Assembly: GCA_023920165.1 (NCBI GenBank)
Contig: CP089277.1
Location: forward strand, 3,286,001-3,350,000
DNA: 64,000 bases
DNA from: Curvularia clavata
Taxonomy: Eukaryota
Direction of reading: 5' to 3'
Of the stretch, positions 57,432-64,000 are shown in pieces. Numbering within the stretch: position 1 is the first letter of the stretch; the number at the start of each line of letters is the position of its first letter. The notes under the pieces are model-generated. The model did no database searches, had not been told where the DNA came from, and saw only the letters and a list, made by a program, of their open reading frames with translations. The position numbers were made by a program, and so were the translations under genes.

Positions 57432-60387
57432 GTCATTTTGTTGCTTTTAGAGCGGAGTGGGCCGGGATTTTCTCGCACTGGCCACAGGGTTGCCATGAAT
57501 ATCGGCACTGGACGGAATTATGAAGAGATGGCAGGTCATTATCAATGATAGGACAGCATGTAGCCTTAGATAGCGTAGCACTCTTATTAAGCACAGCTAC
57601 CATAAGATCTCTACTCTACCTAACCCAGCGCTCATGAGCATTAACAATCCGATCTTCCTGTTAACCTTGAATATTAAACCAAAGCACCTTTCCTCTGCTC
57701 CAATGATTATAGTTCTATATAAGAAGTCGTTCGGTATATACCTATGTGATAGCTAGTGTAAGTAGTATATGACATACCCCACAAGCTGGTAGAATAAAAT
57801 TAAATAACTGGCTTTAGAATAACATAAACGATATTAGAAAGGCTGTAAACTATTTGATTTTGTTCTTTTTTATGGCTTGTCTGCGCCGAGTGATCCATAA
57901 TATATATATCACAAAAAAGAGCAGCAAGCCGCCCTTGAGCCCACCAGAAATCGAAAAGTCAGAATAAAGGACCCTGTCCAAGACACCAATGTATATACTT
58001 ACCTTTAACAGACAAGTACAGCTAGACCCTGCATGCAGCATTCCCCTTTTCCCTACACCTGGTTCCTCGGAATCACACCCTTGGTCCTCGGAGATCACAG
58101 TAGCGCCTACTACCACTTACCCACCCACGCAGCCAACCATGCCCTTACCATGTGTACTTGCATCTCAGCGCCAAGCCCCCTCTTAACCCTTCTCCAGCCG
58201 TTCCCTCCCTTTTTTTTGCCCACTTCAGCCCAAGCCCAAGGCAGAGTCCCACATAGGATCCCTTAGTAGCCCAACCCTCTAACCGGCCAAGTACGGCGAA
58301 ATACCGCCCCCTTTGGCCCCCACATATACACCACACTATGCGCCAGACTAATTCTCCCACACGCTTGTTAGACAAATGCTCCGGCTGGCTTGGGGTTTGG
58401 CATTAGGGCGGTATGGAGGGAATCAGGAAGTCTGGGCACAAGGGGTGCATGGTGTGGTATAGATGATCACGTGTGTTTGTGTGAGAACGACGGTTCTCGT
58501 TGAGGGCTGATTTTGGTCTGGAAGGGTCTGGTGGTCTGGACGGCTGTGAGCAAGTTTTAAGCCAACTTTAATTCGACTCAACGAATATCTAAACAAACAG
58601 GGTGTTTAGAGGCTAGTTCATCTACATTGCTCCTTTGAAGACGTACGTGCATATGTACATGTTGTAGATGGGAAGCTTGGCACTTCATCGATGCGGACTA
58701 GGATACCTGTGCATGCATCGGAGTAACTTTTAGCCAGCTGACCAAAAAAAAAGGGCTTATCAGATCCTGAGGACAGGTACGCATCTATTGCGCATTTACA
58801 AGCCTAGCTGTCTTTTGCCTCCCTCCCCACGCCATACCAAGACCGCCAGAGCTTGCAGTCCCTCCCGAGTCATAGCACGCGTAGATCTTACAAACGACTT
58901 GCCGGGAATGCAACATCGACCACCGACAAAGACTCTCACGTGCGTTTATCCGACTGGCTAGTCTCTTTCTCTCTCACCATGGACGTGCGCGCTACCTTTT
59001 GCGTACGTGCGCTTGCGTGGGAGCGTGCGTAATATTTTCTGTGGCACCGTCGATGGTGGGGGACGTGCACTTTAGTAGCCGCTTGGGACAGTCAGACAGG
59101 GCAGAGAGTAGCGCTGGGACCCTGAGGGCGTGTGCGTATTGTGCGTATGTGCACGCGCGGACGAAGTGGAGTTGGGTTGCGTGGGTTTGTGCGCAGGTGT
59201 GGACAGGTGTGGACTTGTGGGCGAGAACGAATGTCCCAGGTCCCCAATAATCCCAATTGCCTAGAACAAGTCATTTGGGTAGTTGAGTGGCGTGCGCACG
59301 TGCAACTTTCTCCATATGTGTATGTAAGAAAAAAACAAGGGAATTGTAGAGACAGAGTGGCAGAATCGCTTAGCTCGCTTGCCTCGTCGTTACGAACAAC
59401 GGCCGTAACTAAAAAAGGGTACCTTACTCTGGTCCCGTGGGTAGGAGCATGGAAGAGCCTTGTAAGACGTGTAACCATGCGTGGCATGCCTCATCTCGGC
59501 ACTGGCCCTGATTAGTAGGTCGTTACCAAAAGACAAAACAGCGGTCAAGAGGAGAAACAATAGCTGTGTTCGCGTGATGAATGAGGAATCATGATGCCGA
59601 CAGAAGGAGAAGAGGACACGAGACACGAGACAGAAGATGTAAGACACGTAATGCAAATCAACCCAAAGTAGCAAAGTGTAGAGCGTGGTATTATGGAGAT
59701 CCCGTCTTGTCCACCCTGTCTCCAAAGACGACTGATTGACTGGAGAGCATCGAGTCTATGAACCATTTCTGCATCCAAAAAAGGAAAAGAAGACGTGAAT
59801 AAGCCCGCAATAGAACTGAAAACAACAATAACCAGACAGCGCATAAGCATAGACCTGTTTTGATAACTTTTTGTGACTGCGATTTGAACGCCCGTTTTTA
59901 CAAAGACCCAAAGTCTAGAAAGGATCTCGAGGAAAAAAGAGAGGGCCCAGGGGATATAATTCCGCATAAAACAAACAACAAGGAAAAGGCGTCTCGTGTA
60001 CTCTGCAATATACATCAAGTCGTTATGCCGTGCACTGGGTGCTGGCAAAAGAAGATGGACATTGTGAGAGTAGAAACGTATGCTCATAAGTCGAAACATG
60101 GGTACCGGCCGACAAACAGTTGTATCCAAGCATCAAGGCTGGCTAACTTGGTAGAAGATGAGTGTGGATTCTCCCGATCCGAGGAACTCCAGGAGATGCA
60201 GAGGACGAAGAGGTGAACCAGTCGTGACCTTTTCGTCTTATGGATGAAAGAAAACGGATATAGGCCAAGGCTGCAAATTCTTTGGCGCACATTTTAAACG
60301 TCGGGGTATTATGAGAAGCAAACAACTGGCCAGATGCTTCGAAAAGCGACCCGGACATGGCAAAGTGAAAAAGGCATATATATGTAG

Positions 60388-62258
60388 TTAGAACATGGAA
60401 GGATCAATGCCGCCCATTCCAGCGCCTGCGACATTGGCATTCTGCAGGTTCTGGAGATTGCCAGTGAGGCCAAGCTTCTGCATGGCCAGCTCGGGATTGC
60501 AGTGGGGAGCATGAGAGCGGTGGTATTTGAGACCATTCAAGTTCTTGTACCGCTTGCCACAGACCTCACAGCGATATGGCTTTTCCTTCTCCATTCCGAC
60601 GGTGCCGGGGTATGGGATGGACGTAAGAGGATCGACAATGGAAAAGGTACCGTCGTCGTTCTCCTTGAGCTGCTGGTTCTGATGACCATGCTGCTTGTGG
60701 TACTTGAGGCCGTTTTGGTTCTTGTATGCCTTTTCGCATCCAATGACTGGGCATCTGAATGGCTTGACCTCCTCTGGGAAGGGGAATTGTGGGATGCTTG
60801 CGCCGTTGAGGAGCTGCTGCTCGCGTAACCGCCTGGCCATTTCGCTCTGGTCGTTTCCGCTGAGCTGGTAGTTCTTGAGGGCTGCTTGCAGCTGTGCCTG
60901 GTTGAGGCCACCGCCCTGCTTGCTGAACAGACGCTTGCCTGGCTGGTCAATGGTGCCGTTGTTGTCGAAAGCAGCCATGCCAAAGTTGCCATTGCCGTTG
61001 CCGTTGCCAAAGTTCATGCCCATGGGCATGCCCATATCCATTCCCATCATTGGGTTGAAGCCTCCAAAGTCCATGTCGAGCTCGGCTGGTGTGCCGGGGT
61101 GCGAGGATTCTGGCGAGGTCAGGTTGTGGTTGGCCATGGGCATGGTGCCCATGGTGGGCGTGTTGACCGACGACACGGTGGGGTTGTTCTGGAGGTTGAA
61201 CTGCTGCGAAGCTGAGGGCGTGTTGGGCGTCGATGTGCGCATGCCTTGGTGGTTCTGCATGTTATTTGCCATGTTCACGTTGACATTGAGATTTGACTGC
61301 TGGTTCTGATTCTGGTTAGGGTTGAACTGATTTTGAACTGGGAACTGCTGCATCGACTGCTGCTGTTGCGGTTGCTGTTGCTGCTCGTCGATAGAGCCCA
61401 GGTTGTCAAAATTGATGTCATCCATGTCCATGTCGTCTAGCGAGTCGATGTCTTGCACAGTCGACAGGTTGGAGCGGCTCACAGAGCCTATCCGCGGACG
61501 GTGCGCGCCCATGGAGCCGGATCTTTGCTGGAAGCCATTCTGGGCATTGAAAGCGTGGTCACCCTGGGTCTGGCTGGGCGCAATGGAGCTGGTTGGCGCA
61601 CCCGATGCAGAGGTGAAGCCGTTTGTTGGAGGCTGTTGGGGGCGGGCGGCGGGCGCGTTTGCGTGCGTCTCCTCAAAATGCTGGAGCAAGTCGTGCAGCG
61701 AGGCGAGGGTCAGGCCGCAGCAAGTGAAATCCTTCATAAAAGCAGCCTCCATTTTTGGCAGATATGACGAAGAGTGGAACGAGGGCGAGTTGTTGGCAAA
61801 AGGAGCAGGCGAAGTGCCCATCATGATGCTGGTGAAAGTGTTAGTGGTGTGTGCGTGCGTGCGTGCGTGTGTGTGTGGCGGGCCGAAAGCGGTGGGAACA
61901 CTTACTCGTCGCGGATCCAGGAGCCCACCGAGTGGCCGCCCCAGCTCATGCCGCCTGCAAAGCTGCCCATATTTGTGCTCTCGCGACGCCCACGGTCCTT
62001 CATGGAGATGGGCCTGGCGCCGCTGTTGCCGTAAAAGGACGAGCCGAGCATGCTGATGGAGGGGTGGCGCTCGCTGATGCTGGGACGGCCATGTGTGAAA
62101 TCAAAGTTTGTCGGGTTGAGCAGGCCGGGCGTGGTGGCCAGGTCTGGCTGGGCCTCTGCCTGCTTGAGGGCCGACGTCAGGTTGGACGTCTGGTTGGGGG
62201 GAGAATTGGAACCATAGCGCGGGGGCGTCTGGATGTCGATGGGCGAGGCGGTTGCCAT
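60388..62258 (-). CDS. SFP1: Split C2H2 zinc-finger transcription factor Sfp1; 2 exons. First AUG at 62258; may start upstream at CUG 62537.
   Basis: MSWGGHSVGSWIRD-DIMM (intron 61829-61905), SYLPKMEAAFMKDFTCCG...LHDLLQHFEETH, KPFRCPVIGCEKAYKNQNGLKYH and EKPYRCEVCGKRYKNLNGLKYH. Confidence 0.93.
61846..61877 (+). repeat. Compound (GCGT)n/(GT)n microsatellite inside the SFP1 intron
   Basis: GGTGTGTGCGTGCGTGCGTGCGTGTGTGTGTG. Confidence 0.8.
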
Positions 62259-63230
62259 GTCTGCGAAGCCGGTGTGGACCTGCGTGTCTTGGGGGAACAG
62301 CGAGAAGCTGCAGTCGCCCGCGTCCTCGAACAGCACGTCCGAGTCGGGCTGGCGGCTAGCTGCAAGCTCGTGGGGCTTGCGGTGCCAGAGATTGACGAGG
62401 GAGGCGGCCGAGTCGTTTGTGGCACGACCAAAGTGTGGCGACGAGGGGTGGTCGACCGGGGTGGTGATGGGGGTGCTCGCAGCGGTGGATTCGCGCGGCG
62501 AGTGGGTGAGGGGAGGCGGATGCTCGTAGGAATCCAGCTTCGCGGTGGGCGAAGTCAATGGAAGGTAAGCAGTGGGGGGGGACAGGCGAGGCGTTTGGGC
62601 GCGGTCCCGGATGACTGTGCGGCGTGGGTGGGTGTGGCGTGTTGCAGCAGCGGTGGAGCGTGCGAGGGTGGAGTGTATAGTAGTGTGTAGTGATTTGAGT
62701 GCTGGTGCTGGGCACAGGAGCAGAAGGATGCAATGCAAGCAGCAACAGAGATGCGCCGGCAATGGTTGTGTCTGTGTATAAAAAAAATATATACCGATGG
62801 GCGTGGGAACAGCCGGGGCCTTGGGGGGGCTATATGTTGGCGTGGAAGCGGTGACGAGGTTAGAATGGACAAGCGGCCGACTGCTGGGCGGGCCTGGAGG
62901 ATCCCTGGCGATGGGTGGGTGGGTGCGGCCAATTGCGGGCTGGCGCTACTGTAGCCTGTATGCGTCGCCGGCAGTAAAGGTGCAACTCTGACGAAGAGTG
63001 CATGACGAAATGAGCGGCGACACAGCAGCCCCAGCGGCCAAGCCTCGACAGGGCCTGGTGGACGAGCGACAGGCACCGCGCCCGTTGCGGATGAAGCGAT
63101 GCTGTGGCGCGGAGTGGCAGCGAGCAGGGCATGCCGTGTGGGAGAGGAGGGTATGGCGGCACCGCCGGCCGAGGCACAATTGTCGTCGACACTACCACGA
63201 TCCATTGAACGAGCACATGCACGGCCACAC

Positions 63231-63318
63231 GGCTGGTTGGATGGTTGCTTGGGTGGTTGACTGGCCGGCTGGCTGGGCGGCTGCTTGGTTGGCTGGCTGG
63301 CGGGCTGGCGGGCGGGCT
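63231..63318 (+). repeat. Degenerate (GGCT/GGTT/GGCG)n tetranucleotide tract upstream of SFP1
   Basis: GGCTGGTTGGATGGTT...GGCTGGCTGGCGGGCTGGCGGGCGGGCT. Confidence 0.65.
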
Positions 63319-64000
63319 CTTGGGACGCGCCCCAGCTAGAGCCGGAGCTGCTCAGCGCTGCGGTTTGCCATTGCCCTCAGCAGGCCATCCTTGCCTCTGC
63401 GCTCGTCTCGATTTTCTAGAAGGCCTGTATGGCAACTCCCGTCGAGTCGCTGTCAAGTGTCGGTGTCGGTGCGTGGGTGTCTCGCTCGCTCGGTGCTTCG
63501 GGCCCTCGATGCCTCTCCTCCACGTGGCGCAGAGCCATATCCGAGGAAATTCCGCCCGCGCCATGCTGGCTCTGGCTGCTACCGTCGTACTCGACAATAG
63601 GACGGGCAAAGAATAGGTACTGACTGGTACCTCGCACAAGGCTGCCCTGCGAACCGCCGCTGACGCTGACGCTGACGGCCTCTGCATGTGCTGTCGGACT
63701 AGGCCGCAAACCGCCAGCCGCCCTGGCCGCGTCCAAGAGAGGGGTAGTCCAAGTAGACAGCGCTTCACGCTGCGAGCAAGACGTTTCAACACGAGTGGCA
63801 TAGTAGGAGCGAGCCATGAGCCAGTCTCGCGGCCAGGTCGGCGCGTTGCATCTGCCCGGCCTCGTCTCGGCTGTTTGCCCCTCTTGGGTCTGCTCTTACA
63901 CAACCACGACGACTAACACCAACACGGCCCTTTCACGTGAGACGCCGCCGCCACTCTGCTGAGCCTACCACTGCTTACTACCTACCACTACCACGGCTGC

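Noticed and set aside
58483..58498. Hairpin GAGAAC-GACG-GTTCTC as a possible Helitron 3' signal near xanA
   Set aside because: No CTRR terminus at the expected distance on either strand, and no Rep/helicase remnant.
59545..60129. 194-codon hydrophobic ORF downstream of SFP1
   Set aside because: It lies in a pyrimidine-rich probable 3' UTR, has no motif, and its composition is explained by T-rich sequence.
1..64000. CRISPR arrays, rRNA, tRNA, telomeric arrays and prokaryotic operons
   Set aside because: None seen. The window is intron-containing fungal DNA without regularly spaced repeats.

Overview
Gene-dense eukaryotic DNA from a filamentous ascomycete, probably a Dothideomycete (inferred from short GT..AG introns with CTAAC/CTGAC branch sites and from gene content). 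About 25 protein-coding genes can be modelled by hand. In order they are: a 5'-truncated MetE-core-like enzyme, a UVI-1-like secreted protein, proline iminopeptidase, a secreted FAD oxidoreductase, a TinA/ADIP-family protein, EsdC, a Cys/His-rich microprotein, a Gly-rich surface protein, a divergent PET117/VMA10 pair, a 9-intron lipase, an alpha-arrestin, an F-box-like protein, SCP2, a HET-domain protein, a polyol dehydrogenase, a pogo/Fot1-type transposase, MYND and ankyrin proteins, an MFS transporter, an acetoacetate-decarboxylase-like protein, a histidine acid phosphatase, XanA and Sfp1. The most interesting signals are five. (1) Sfp1 has a probable CUG-initiated 93-codon N-terminal extension inside a ~740-nt AUG-free leader. 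(2) A 2-nt micro-exon is needed to build the lipase catalytic elbow. (3) The transposon separates an inverted pair of CreA-type sites in the dehydrogenase promoter. (4) xanA has a perfect UaY-type site and AT-rich flanks. (5) There is a structured long intron and a possible decayed NACHT relic. All family assignments come from recognising motifs by eye; no searches were run. I found no tRNA, rRNA or CRISPR features.
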